From an uncultured Chitinophagales bacterium (GTDB lineage Bacteria; Bacteroidota; Bacteroidia; Chitinophagales; CAZNGA01): DNA of 64,000 nucleotides. The translations under genes were made by a program, and so were the position numbers. The notes under the pieces are model-generated. The model made no database searches and was not told the origin of the DNA. It saw only the letters and a program-made list of their open reading frames with translations. The stretch is from contig CAZNGA010000001.1 in the NCBI GenBank assembly GCA_964572485.1, positions 30,565-94,564 on the forward strand, given 5' to 3'. Below, one piece after another: positions 19,639-28,421 of this stretch; position 1 is the first letter of the stretch; each line of letters starts with the position of its first letter.

Positions 19639-20694
19639 GTGAAAAATCGATTTACCTTAACAGTCGTAAAGTGGTTCAAAGAAAAGGGAAGAGAGCTGCC
19701 TTGGAGAGGGTCGCTGAATCCCTATGTTATATGGATCTCGGAGATCATTCTTCAGCAAACAAGAGTTAAATATGGGCTATCTTATTTTAACAGAATTATT
19801 GAGGAGTATCCTACGATACAACATTTGGCTTCCACTGATGAGGACAAATTCCTTAAAATATGGCAAGGATTAGGATACTATTCAAGAGCCAGACATTTAC
19901 TCGAATCTGCAAGTTATATTGTGAATGAACTGAATGGTGAATTTCCAACAGAGTATAGTTCCATATTAAACCTTAAGGGGGTTGGGCCATATACAGCAGC
20001 CGCTATAGCTTCCACTGCATTTGCCGAACCGGTGGCTGTATTGGATGGTAATGTTTTCCGTTTGCTGTCAAGATATTTTTATATCGACAAGCCAATCGAT
20101 AATGTGGCTGGGCAAAAGATATTCAAGAAATTGGCCAATGAGCTCATTGCAATAAAGAACCCGGGAGAGTACAACCAAGCCATAATGGACTTTGGCGCGC
20201 TTATTTGCAAGGTCGTAAACCCTAAATGTGATACATGCCCATTAGAAAAACACTGTTTAGCAAAGAAAAAAAATAGGATTTCCCAATTGCCGGTAAGATC
20301 CAAGAGGATCAAAATAAGAGATAGATATTTTAATTTCTTGGTAATAAAGGGTAAAAAGGGGTATTATATAACTAAAAGAAAAGAAAAAGATATTTGGAGG
20401 GGACTTTATCAATTTCCCATGATAGAAACCAGTGAATTAGTTAATGAGGAAGAATTGATCAACTCTGAATCCTGGGGACAAATTTTCACTTCTATTGGTT
20501 ATCGTGTTAAAAAAGATCCATTAAAATTGGAACAAAAGCTGACGCACCAAAAGATCAATGGTTCTTTTTGGGAAGTAGAAATCACAGATGAGCAGAATGT
20601 TCTAAAAGGCGATGATCTAATAGAAGCCAATTGGGAAAAGATAAAGAGGCTGGCAGTGCCTAAAATAGTGGATTGTTATTTACTGAAAATTTGA
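19639..20694 (+). CDS. mutY: A/G-specific adenine DNA glycosylase
   Basis: HhH-GPD region LKGVGPYTAAAIAS, Fe-S cluster loop CKVVNPKCDTCPLEKHC, and a C-terminal NUDIX-like domain. GTG start in the track. Confidence 0.9.
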   Translation: MKNRFTLTVVKWFKEKGRELPWRGSLNPYVIWISEIILQQTRVKYGLSYFNRIIEEYPTIQHLASTDEDKFLKIWQGLGYYSRARHLLESASYIVNELNGEFPTEYSSILNLKGVGPYTAAAIASTAFAEPVAVLDGNVFRLLSRYFYIDKPIDNVAGQKIFKKLANELIAIKNPGEYNQAIMDFGALICKVVNPKCDTCPLEKHCLAKKKNRISQLPVRSKRIKIRDRYFNFLVIKGKKGYYITKRKEKDIWRGLYQFPMIETSELVNEEELINSESWGQIFTSIGYRVKKDPLKLEQKLTHQKINGSFWEVEITDEQNVLKGDDLIEANWEKIKRLAVPKIVDCYLLKI

Positions 20695-20736
20695 TTATAT
20701 TTGATTTTTATCTGTTAACAAGATTTTTGTAACAAA

Positions 20737-21186
20737 ATGAGAGGAATTAATAAAGTAATTTTAATCGGGCATCTTGGAAAGGATCCCGAAGTTAGATATT
20801 TGGAAGGCGGTTCAGTCGTTGCAAATATTAGAATGGCTACATCGGAATCTTACACTAATAAAAGTGGTGAAAGGGTCGACCAAACGGAATGGCATAGCGT
20901 TGTCTTTTGGAGAAAATTAGCGGAAATTGCCGAAAAATATCTTAGAAAAGGCAGTTTGATCTATGTTGAAGGAAAACTTCAAACAAGATCATGGGAAGAC
21001 AAAGAAGGCAATAAGAGGTATACTACCGAAATTGTTGGAGATAGTATGACCATGCTTGACAAGAAGGGGGATGTGTCGGATAGCAATATACCGATGGCTA
21101 CCGAAAATGAACCCAATGAACCTGTAAAAAAGGAAAGTACAGATGAGGTTGCTGATAGCAAACCTACTGACGACTTACCCTTTTAA
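20737..21186 (+). CDS. ssb: Single-stranded DNA-binding protein
   Basis: [31 protein letters not shown], and the acidic tail ending DDLPF. Confidence 0.95.
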   Translation: MRGINKVILIGHLGKDPEVRYLEGGSVVANIRMATSESYTNKSGERVDQTEWHSVVFWRKLAEIAEKYLRKGSLIYVEGKLQTRSWEDKEGNKRYTTEIVGDSMTMLDKKGDVSDSNIPMATENEPNEPVKKESTDEVADSKPTDDLPF

Positions 21187-21216
21187 GAAGGATTGAAGTA
21201 ATAAGAAGTTATTGTT

Positions 21217-22569
21217 TTGGAAATTAGTTCTGACGACGATTATTATTCGTGGTTAATTTTAGCAGACGCTGCTAATGAGCCACATGCATATCATATAATT
21301 CTTGCCATATTAGCGATCCTGGTATTATTATTTCTATCAGCAATGGTTTCAGGATCTGAAGTCGCATTTTTTTCTCTCTCAAGAAAAGAAATTGATAATA
21401 TCAAAGAGAAGACTGATAAGATGTCTTCATTGATCATACAATTACTCGAATCACCCAAGAAACTGCTGGCAACTATTCTTATTGCCAATAATCTATTCAA
21501 TGTAGGGGTGGTTGTGATCTCTTACTTCGTGATCATGAGTTTTATCGATGCTAATGCATACCCTTTCCTGGGATTTATACTTGAGATAATTGTTGTGACC
21601 CTAATGTTGGTCCTATTTGGTGAAGTGATCCCTAAAACATTTGCCAATTATAACAATAGAAAAATTGCCTATTTAACCGCCTTTCCCCTTACTATCCTTG
21701 AAAAGATATTTAACCCACTGAGCAAATTACTTGTATCATCCACGAATATTATTGAAAACAGAATCAAAAGAGATACCAACAGAAATATAAGTGCTGAAGA
21801 TGTTAACGATGCCATTGATCTTTCTGTGGGTACGCAGGCCTCAAAGCAGGAGATAAATATTCTAAAAGGGATCGTAAAATTTGGAGATATTTCGGTGAAG
21901 CAAATTATGCGTGCAAGAGTTGATGTGATTGCCATAGAGCATGAAACAAGCTTTAAGGAGACATTGAATATTGTTAGAGAATCCGGGTTTTCACGAATTC
22001 CTGTATTTCAGGAAAATGAAGATTCGATCAAAGGAATACTTTATGTTAAAGACCTGCTAAAATATGTTAGCGAAAAGGAGGATTTCAAATGGCAGAGCCT
22101 GATCAGGACCCCATTTTTTGTTCCTGAAACGAAAAAAATTGACGACCTGTTGAGAGAGTTTCAAACAAAAAGAATTCACTTGGCCATTGTAGTTGATGAA
22201 TACGGTGGCACTTCAGGAATTGTCACTTTAGAAGATGTTATGGAAGAGATTATAGGCGAGATCACTGATGAATTTGATGAAGCAGAAGAGATCAAATTTG
22301 ATAAAATTGATGATAATAATTATATTTTTGAAGGTAAGACCCTTTTGAATGACATTTATAAAGTGGTGGGTATCAAAAGTGACTCTTTCGATGAAGTTAG
22401 TGGAGATTTTGATTCACTTGCAGGATTGATATTGGAGCTTTCAGGTAAAATTCCCAAGAAGAATGAGAGAGTTTCTTATAAGGACTTTTTATTTACAGTA
22501 TTAGCAGTAAGCAGAAAACGGATTGTTCGAGTTAAATTAACCTATGTGCAAGATGATGAAAGCGCATGA
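21217..22569 (+). CDS. gldE: CNNM/CorC-HlyC family membrane protein, GldE-type
   Basis: DUF21 TM domain, a CBS pair, and a CorC_HlyC C-terminus. It lies between ssb and a GldD-like lipoprotein gene, the arrangement described for Flavobacterium johnsoniae gldE-gldD. TTG start in the track. Confidence 0.78.
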   Translation: MEISSDDDYYSWLILADAANEPHAYHIILAILAILVLLFLSAMVSGSEVAFFSLSRKEIDNIKEKTDKMSSLIIQLLESPKKLLATILIANNLFNVGVVVISYFVIMSFIDANAYPFLGFILEIIVVTLMLVLFGEVIPKTFANYNNRKIAYLTAFPLTILEKIFNPLSKLLVSSTNIIENRIKRDTNRNISAEDVNDAIDLSVGTQASKQEINILKGIVKFGDISVKQIMRARVDVIAIEHETSFKETLNIVRESGFSRIPVFQENEDSIKGILYVKDLLKYVSEKEDFKWQSLIRTPFFVPETKKIDDLLREFQTKRIHLAIVVDEYGGTSGIVTLEDVMEEIIGEITDEFDEAEEIKFDKIDDNNYIFEGKTLLNDIYKVVGIKSDSFDEVSGDFDSLAGLILELSGKIPKKNERVSYKDFLFTVLAVSRKRIVRVKLTYVQDDESA

Positions 22570-22576
22570 AAAGACC

Positions 22577-23203
22577 ATGATGATTAGCGATAAGGCACTG
22601 CTCTTTGTTTTATTTCTTTGCCTGTTGGGATGTACCGGAAACCATACCCCAAAGCCCAGAGGATACTTTAAGATCGATCTGCCAGAGAAAAAATATCAAA
22701 TGTTCTCGTCTCCAACATGCCCTTTTGATTTTGAATATCCTCAATATGCTAAAATAGTTTACGACAGCTCATTTTTTGATTCATTGCCTGAACACAGGTG
22801 CTGGTTCAATATAGAATTTGGTGATATGAATGGAAAGATCCATTTTAGTTATAAGGAGATCAATGAGCAAACCACGCTTCCAATGCTGATTGAAGATTCT
22901 TATCGCCTTACCAGTAAGCACATCGTTAAAGCAGAATCCATTGAAGAGAATGTGATTCGCACACCACAAAAAGTATATGGCCTGATGTATGAAGTTGGGG
23001 GAGATGCGGCTTCTGCTATTCAGTATTACCTCACCGATAGCACCCATCATTTTATCAGAGGGTCATTATATTTCTATTGCTCACCAAACATTGATTCCAT
23101 GAAACCGGTTATTGAATTTGTCAAAGTGGATATTTTACATATGATAAGCACCTTCAGATGGGATTCAAACTACGTTCTCAATGACGGAAACCTCGACAAA
23201 TAA
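22577..23203 (+). CDS. gldD: Gliding-motility lipoprotein GldD-like
   Basis: Start chosen at MMISDK, just after the gldE stop. Lipobox LLGC followed by PKPRGYFKIDLPEKKY. The size and the position immediately after gldE fit GldD. Confidence 0.65.
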   Translation: MMISDKALLFVLFLCLLGCTGNHTPKPRGYFKIDLPEKKYQMFSSPTCPFDFEYPQYAKIVYDSSFFDSLPEHRCWFNIEFGDMNGKIHFSYKEINEQTTLPMLIEDSYRLTSKHIVKAESIEENVIRTPQKVYGLMYEVGGDAASAIQYYLTDSTHHFIRGSLYFYCSPNIDSMKPVIEFVKVDILHMISTFRWDSNYVLNDGNLDK

Positions 23204-25298
23204 CCTGGATACTCCCATTGAATATCTAAAGGGAGTGGGCCCCCAAAGGGCTGATATTTTAAAAAAAGACCTCTCTATTTTTACAATTGGCGATCTATTA
23301 CAACATTACCCTTTTAGGTATGTGGACAAGACCAAAATTTATTCGATCAGCGAGATCACACCTGCCACCCAATTTATTCAACTCAAAGGTGTAGTCACCA
23401 ATATTCAAACCAAAGGAAAAAGGTATAAGAAAATATTGACCGCCCTCCTTAAGGATGATACGGGAACCGTGGAACTGATATGGTTTAAAGGTGTAAACTG
23501 GTTACTGAAGTATATTCAGCCCAATTCAACATATATCGTATATGGCAAACCCGGCTACTTCAAGAATAAGTTCAACATCCCTCATCCTGAGTTAGAAATT
23601 GCTGCGATGCAACATAAAAACAAGCCCCTTGGACTTCAGCCGGTGTATGGAACTACAGAGAAACTTAAAAGTAAATACCTTGACAGCAGGGGGATAAAGA
23701 ACTTAATGAAAGCAGTATTTACAATGATAAGCCCCGGTAAAATAAAGGAGAATCTCCCAAAGGCGATTCTTACCGGACGGGGTCTTGTTGATAGATATCA
23801 GGCAATGCTTCATATCCATTTTCCGGTAGATGAGCAGGTCATGGAAAGAGCAATTAGAAGATTGAAATTTGAAGAACTGTTTCTGATCCAGGTGAGATTG
23901 CTTAAATCCAAGAGTAATAGAAATGAAAATATTAAGGGCTATGTTTTTCCTGAACTTGGCGACCATTTCAATACGTTTTACAAAAAGAAACTCAATTTTG
24001 AATTAACAGGAGCGCAAAAGAGAGTAATAAAAGAGATCAGGCAAGATGTTCTGTCTGGAAAGCAAATGAATCGGTTGTTGGAAGGAGATGTGGGAAGTGG
24101 AAAAACAGTTGTTGCACTATTCTGTATGCTAATGGCGATTGACAATAATTTTCAAGCATGCATTATGGCCCCTACCGAAATATTGGCCCAACAACACTAC
24201 CAATCCATATCAGCGATGGTGAATGATATTGGTTTGAATACAGGACTATTAACGGGCTCAGTAAAGAGCAAAGAACGGAAAGAGTTACTGAAGAAACTGG
24301 TAAATGGAGAGATACACATATTGATCGGGACCCATGCACTAATCGAGGATTGGGTGAAATTCGATAACCTAGGGATGGTGATCATTGATGAGCAACACCG
24401 TTTTGGTGTCGCACAGCGGGCAAAATTATGGTCAAAAAGTAAGCAGTTGCCCCATGTTTTGGTGATGACAGCTACCCCCATACCAAGAACCCTTGCCATG
24501 ACATTATATGGAGATCTTGATATTTCTGTAATTGATGAAATGCCCCCAGGCAGGAAGCCAATCATAACGGTACACCGAAAAGACGAAAATAGGTTGAGGG
24601 TATTTGGTTTTATGCGGGAGCACATAGGTAAAGGAAATCAGGTCTATGTGGTATATCCCCTGATAGAGGAATCAGAGACAATGGACTATAAAGACCTGAT
24701 GGATGGATACGAATCTGTGGTACGAGAATTCCCATTGCCAGAGTATAAGGTCTCGATACTCCATGGAAAAATGAAACCTGAAGATAAAGAATATGAAATG
24801 GGAAGATTCGTGAAGGGCGAGACCAATATAATGGTTGCCACCAATGTAATTGAAGTAGGTGTTGATGTCCCATCAGTTACCGTGATGGTGATAGAGAGTG
24901 CTGAGAGATTTGGACTTTCACAACTCCACCAGCTAAGGGGCAGGGTAGGGAGAGGTCCTGATCAGGCATACTGTATATTGATGACAGGAGATAAACTCTC
25001 CAATGATGCAAGGTTAAGAATTAAGACAATGACCAGCACTACAAATGGATTTGAGATCGCTGATGCTGACTTACGGCTAAGAGGCCCGGGAGAGTTGGAA
25101 GGGACCATTCAGAGCGGCATTACTAATCTGAAGCTGGTTAATCTTGGTGAGGATGGCAAAATACTTCAGGAGGCCAGAGAAGAAGCCATGACATTGATCG
25201 ATGAGGACCCCAAATTAGCAAAGCAGGAAAATTTGGCCTTGAAGAAATATTTTGACAATAAGTATAAAGGCAAGATAACCTGGGGAAGGGTATCATGA
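23181..25298 (+). CDS. recG: ATP-dependent DNA helicase RecG
   Basis: Wedge/OB N-terminal domain and helicase motifs GDVGSGKT, DEQHRFG, TATPIPRT and QLRGRVGRG. Confidence 0.95.
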   Translation: MTETSTNNLDTPIEYLKGVGPQRADILKKDLSIFTIGDLLQHYPFRYVDKTKIYSISEITPATQFIQLKGVVTNIQTKGKRYKKILTALLKDDTGTVELIWFKGVNWLLKYIQPNSTYIVYGKPGYFKNKFNIPHPELEIAAMQHKNKPLGLQPVYGTTEKLKSKYLDSRGIKNLMKAVFTMISPGKIKENLPKAILTGRGLVDRYQAMLHIHFPVDEQVMERAIRRLKFEELFLIQVRLLKSKSNRNENIKGYVFPELGDHFNTFYKKKLNFELTGAQKRVIKEIRQDVLSGKQMNRLLEGDVGSGKTVVALFCMLMAIDNNFQACIMAPTEILAQQHYQSISAMVNDIGLNTGLLTGSVKSKERKELLKKLVNGEIHILIGTHALIEDWVKFDNLGMVIIDEQHRFGVAQRAKLWSKSKQLPHVLVMTATPIPRTLAMTLYGDLDISVIDEMPPGRKPIITVHRKDENRLRVFGFMREHIGKGNQVYVVYPLIEESETMDYKDLMDGYESVVREFPLPEYKVSILHGKMKPEDKEYEMGRFVKGETNIMVATNVIEVGVDVPSVTVMVIESAERFGLSQLHQLRGRVGRGPDQAYCILMTGDKLSNDARLRIKTMTSTTNGFEIADADLRLRGPGELEGTIQSGITNLKLVNLGEDGKILQEAREEAMTLIDEDPKLAKQENLALKKYFDNKYKGKITWGRVS

Positions 25299-25340
25299 AG
25301 AGAAGAAAACAAAACTATCTTTGTAATTAAACAAATAAGA

Positions 25341-26231
25341 TCATTGAATTGCAAACTTCCCGATACCGACAACCTCATTTCCTTTTCGTGCCATATAATA
25401 ATACATTCCAACAGGAAGTTTATCTCTATATAGAGTAGATTGATTTGAGGAAATCAGAAGATTTTTCACTTCAATACCTAAAGTATTGTAAATAGAAAGG
25501 TAAACATCACCATAAGACCACAATTGCTCAAAATTTGTGGTTATTGTTGTTGCGTGTGAAAAAGGATTTGGCCTTAAGAAGATGTATTGATTGTTTGGTT
25601 GAATAACATTTTCTAGATTACTAATGATATAATCAGTATCGCATGCGCCATTAATTGTTGAGTCAAAGACAAAATGCCCAATCAAGCTGTCTTCATAGCA
25701 CCTGATAGGCCCGGGTGTAGGATCGGCTGCACCAGGCCAAGGAATTAGATCGTAGTACCAACCAATATTTTCGATTATCGGCCCATCAAACCAAAAAAGC
25801 CAATCATCAGGATCAAGGTGACTGATATATTGAATTTTAAATAGTTTACTATTTACAGTCCATGTAGCAATTGAATCCACTATGACAACAAATGAATCTT
25901 GCGGGCTATCAGGTGGATGAACTGTCCAGGTTTCGTTCACATCAGACAAAAAATCATATAACAGGTAAAAAGTTGTATCGTAATCATTAAAATAGAATAC
26001 TTTACCGGAATCTTTATACATAATATAGAGGTCGTTGATATTCCGACAACTCTTTCCTTGAATAAGAGTATCTCCCTTTGATTCATAAGTTAAGTAGCTA
26101 ACGTCAATCCATGGAGATGGCCAACTGGCATAAGTATAATACCAGATTGCTCCTGTAGGAGCCCAAGTAGAATCCTGGCCGTATGTGTTACAGCAGTTTA
26201 AGAATAATAAAATAATAAAAAACTTTTTCAA
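25341..26231 (-). CDS. Secreted protein of unknown function with T9SS C-terminal sorting domain
   Basis: Signal peptide MKKFFIILLFLNCCNTYGQ. The last ~75 aa (LRPNPFSHATTITTN...LSIYNTLGIEVKNLL...LPVGMYYYMARKGNEVVGIGKFAIQ) match the type-A Por/T9SS CTD pattern. Confidence 0.7.
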   Translation of the reverse strand: MKKFFIILLFLNCCNTYGQDSTWAPTGAIWYYTYASWPSPWIDVSYLTYESKGDTLIQGKSCRNINDLYIMYKDSGKVFYFNDYDTTFYLLYDFLSDVNETWTVHPPDSPQDSFVVIVDSIATWTVNSKLFKIQYISHLDPDDWLFWFDGPIIENIGWYYDLIPWPGAADPTPGPIRCYEDSLIGHFVFDSTINGACDTDYIISNLENVIQPNNQYIFLRPNPFSHATTITTNFEQLWSYGDVYLSIYNTLGIEVKNLLISSNQSTLYRDKLPVGMYYYMARKGNEVVGIGKFAIQ

Positions 26232-26310
26232 AGCAATGAATTACTATGTTAAAATTAGAATCTATTTTCATATAAACCAAAAATAAATAGGTTGGTGTTG
26301 GGAGAGAGAG

Positions 26311-27384
26311 TTATTTTTTATATTTATTCCTGATCTCTTTTGGGAAGAGTTCCATTTGTTGTTTCTTAAGTTTTTTCTGAGGCCGCTTTTGTCGTTTCTT
26401 GATATTCCTCATCCTCTTCTTTTGGGGGCGCTTGTTAAATTTTGGAGCATTCTTTGCCTTAGTGTTCTGCTTGAACCTCTTCTTAGCTTGCCTGTAAGTA
26501 TATTTCGGCGGATTTGCCGGCCTGACCGCTTTCCGATACCTTTTTGCTGCCTTATTTTGAGTATACTTAGGGGCATTCTTCGGCTTGATGGCCAACCGAT
26601 GCCTCTTGGCAGCTTTCCTATAATTATCTCTCGGAGGGTTGATGGGGCGAATCGCTAATTTATGTCTTTTCACTGCCCTCCTTTGTGCATACTTCCAAGG
26701 GTTATTGGGTTTTTTGGCTATGCGGGATCTTTTGGCTGCATTTCTTTGTGTATATCTTGGCGGGTTCTTTGGTTTCCTTACCTGCTTGTATCTTTTGGCC
26801 GCCCTTCTTTGTGTATACCTGGGTGGATTCTTTGCTTTTCTAACCTGCCGGTACCTTTTTGCAGCCTTGTTTTGTGTATACCTGGGAGGGTTTTTAGCCC
26901 TCTTGGCTTTCGGCCTCTTGTTGCTTGCCTTGCCGTAACTATCCTTTGGAAGTCCTGAGTTTCTGGAAACGTGTCGCTGCCTTTTAGCTGATTTTCTGTA
27001 AGAATGTCGCGGTGCATTTTTCGGTTTGGAGACCTTCCTATGTCTTTTTTGAGCCTTTCTGTAATTATTCTTTGGTGAATTATTGGGCCGCCTGGCTTTA
27101 TAGCTTCTTTTGTGAGACTTTCTATAGCTGTCTCTTGGCGTATTCTTTGGCCTGGATGATTGCCTGTATCTCTTTGACGCCTGACGAGTTGTATTACGAG
27201 GAGGATTCGATGGCCTTACCGCTTTTTTATATCTTTTCCTTGCTTTCTTGCTAAGGGAGCGTTGCTTCTTTTGCTTGGCAGCAGAGTATTTTCTGGATTG
27301 CGCGGAAATTGACTCCGGCACACTAATACTCTGAATAGAGAATATTGTGATCACGAGAATCGATAATGTATATATCTTTTTCAC
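26311..27384 (-). CDS. Hyper-basic tandem-repeat protein with N-terminal signal or anchor peptide, function unknown
   Basis: A continuous 371-codon frame. I prefer the GTG start at 27384, which gives MKKIYTLSILVITIFSIQSISVPESISAQS. This is followed by 13 units of about 21 aa (consensus KRYRxxxKPKNPPRYTQxKAA) and a K/R-rich tail. A TAtaTTTG motif (-7-like) lies on the minus strand at 27434-27441. Confidence 0.72.
   Translation of the reverse strand: MKKIYTLSILVITIFSIQSISVPESISAQSRKYSAAKQKKQRSLSKKARKRYKKAVRPSNPPRNTTRQASKRYRQSSRPKNTPRDSYRKSHKRSYKARRPNNSPKNNYRKAQKRHRKVSKPKNAPRHSYRKSAKRQRHVSRNSGLPKDSYGKASNKRPKAKRAKNPPRYTQNKAAKRYRQVRKAKNPPRYTQRRAAKRYKQVRKPKNPPRYTQRNAAKRSRIAKKPNNPWKYAQRRAVKRHKLAIRPINPPRDNYRKAAKRHRLAIKPKNAPKYTQNKAAKRYRKAVRPANPPKYTYRQAKKRFKQNTKAKNAPKFNKRPQKKRMRNIKKRQKRPQKKLKKQQMELFPKEIRNKYKK
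26416..27237. repeat. 13 diverged in-frame tandem repeats of about 63 bp inside the basic-protein gene
   Basis: The periodicity is visible in the translation: 11 units of 21 aa, one of 22 and one of 20. The repeats also create stop-free mirror ORFs on the + strand (26356-26958). Confidence 0.85.
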
Positions 27385-27814
27385 TTTTATGTGCGAAATA
27401 TTATCCTGCTGAAAAAATAACTCCAACCCACTTCAAATATATGATAAAGGAAGTTAGCATGTTGCGTTGAATTAAAGTTGAAAAAATTGACAAATTAATG
27501 GATGATCACCGTAAATTCGATACAAAAATGGGCTCTTTTCGGAATTTTGTAAAGGGTCTGTATTGTAGGCAGAAAAGCAGTTTCACCGATAATCATGAAA
27601 TATTTATTGATTTATTTATCAACATTTATTCAAAGGCCATATTTAATAGAATATATATAATGAAGAAAATCAAGTATATATACGAGAGAAATAAACATAA
27701 TGCTTCTGCTTCTCTTAAATATCAACATTTTTATGGAAAATAATTTGGAATTTACTTTCAAACCGTTTACCTTTAAATGATTGAAACATTTCTTAACCTT
27801 TAAATTAATTTATC

Positions 27815-28084
27815 ATGAATAAAGGAGATTTAATCAACAAGATTGCTGGCGATGCTGGAGTTAGTAAAGCACAAGCCGGTAGAGCACTCGATTCATTCCT
27901 AGGTACAACAATGGGTGCTGTAGGTAAAGGTGATAAAGTTACATTAGTTGGCTTTGGCACATTTTCAAAAGCTCGCAGAGCTGCTCGTACTGGAAGAAAT
28001 CCTCAAACTGGTGCTAGTATTAGTATTCCTGCGAAGAATGTTGTTAAATTTAAAGCCGGAAAAGATTTTTCTAAGAAGGTTTAA
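27815..28084 (+). CDS. HU-family nucleoid protein
   Basis: MNKGDLINKIAGDAGVSKAQA...GFGTFSKARRAARTGRNPQTGASISIPAKNVVKFKAGK is the canonical HU sequence. Confidence 0.92.
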   Translation: MNKGDLINKIAGDAGVSKAQAGRALDSFLGTTMGAVGKGDKVTLVGFGTFSKARRAARTGRNPQTGASISIPAKNVVKFKAGKDFSKKV

Positions 28085-28110
28085 GTTAGAACATTAGAAA
28101 AAATAAAGAA

Positions 28111-28140
28111 AGCAAGGTTGTAAAACCTTGCTTTTTTTTT
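28111..28140 (+). terminator. Rho-independent terminator after the HU gene
   Basis: AGCAAGGTT-gtaa-AACCTTGCT stem-loop followed by a run of about nine T. Confidence 0.78.
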
Positions 28141-28273
28141 AATTGGCACACCACCATTAATCAATTAATGTACAACATATTGCTTTAGAGGTTGTCGTAA
28201 AATTGTTATTTTTGCTCTTCTTAAAGGAATTGAATTTGAAGTACATTGATAAAGAGTATTAGATTTTAGAAAT

Positions 28274-28405
28274 ATGGGAAAAGGAGATAGAAAATCAAAG
28301 CGCGGTAAGATCTGGAGAGGGTCATTCGGTAATTCCCGGAAACATAAGCCTTTTGCAAAGGTCGCTGCAAAGAAGAAAGCTACTAAGGTTTCAAAGAGCA
28401 AGTAG
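28274..28405 (+). CDS. 30S ribosomal protein bTHX-like
   Basis: Hand-translated 43-aa ORF: MGKGDRKSKRGKIWRGSFGNSRKHKPFAKVAAKKKATKVSKSK. The GKGDRKSxRGKIWRGS start is the THX signature. The 78-aa antisense track ORF (28165..28401) is rejected in its favour. Confidence 0.8.
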   Translation: MGKGDRKSKRGKIWRGSFGNSRKHKPFAKVAAKKKATKVSKSK

Positions 28406-28421
28406 TACTACCGGAAGTCTG

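Noticed and set aside
26356-26958. Three overlapping + strand ORFs (98-100 aa) with hydrophobic repeat translations, antisense to the basic repeat gene
   Set aside because: They are mirror-frame artefacts of the stop-free 63-bp repeats. They are split over several frames and lack credible starts, whereas the minus-strand frame is continuous for 371 codons and has a signal peptide.
26416-27237. Regularly spaced ~63-bp repeats, considered as a CRISPR array or minisatellite
   Set aside because: There is no repeat/spacer alternation. The periodicity is in-frame coding (21-aa units), the units are diverged, and there are no cas genes.
27498-27743. 81-aa + strand ORF in the gap upstream of the HU gene
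   Set aside because: The translation is AT-driven low complexity (N/I/K/Y/F rich) with no motif. It lies in a divergent promoter region and is probably non-coding.
28165-28401. 78-aa minus-strand ORF
   Set aside because: It is antisense to the hand-read bTHX gene (28274-28405), whose product has a clear family signature.
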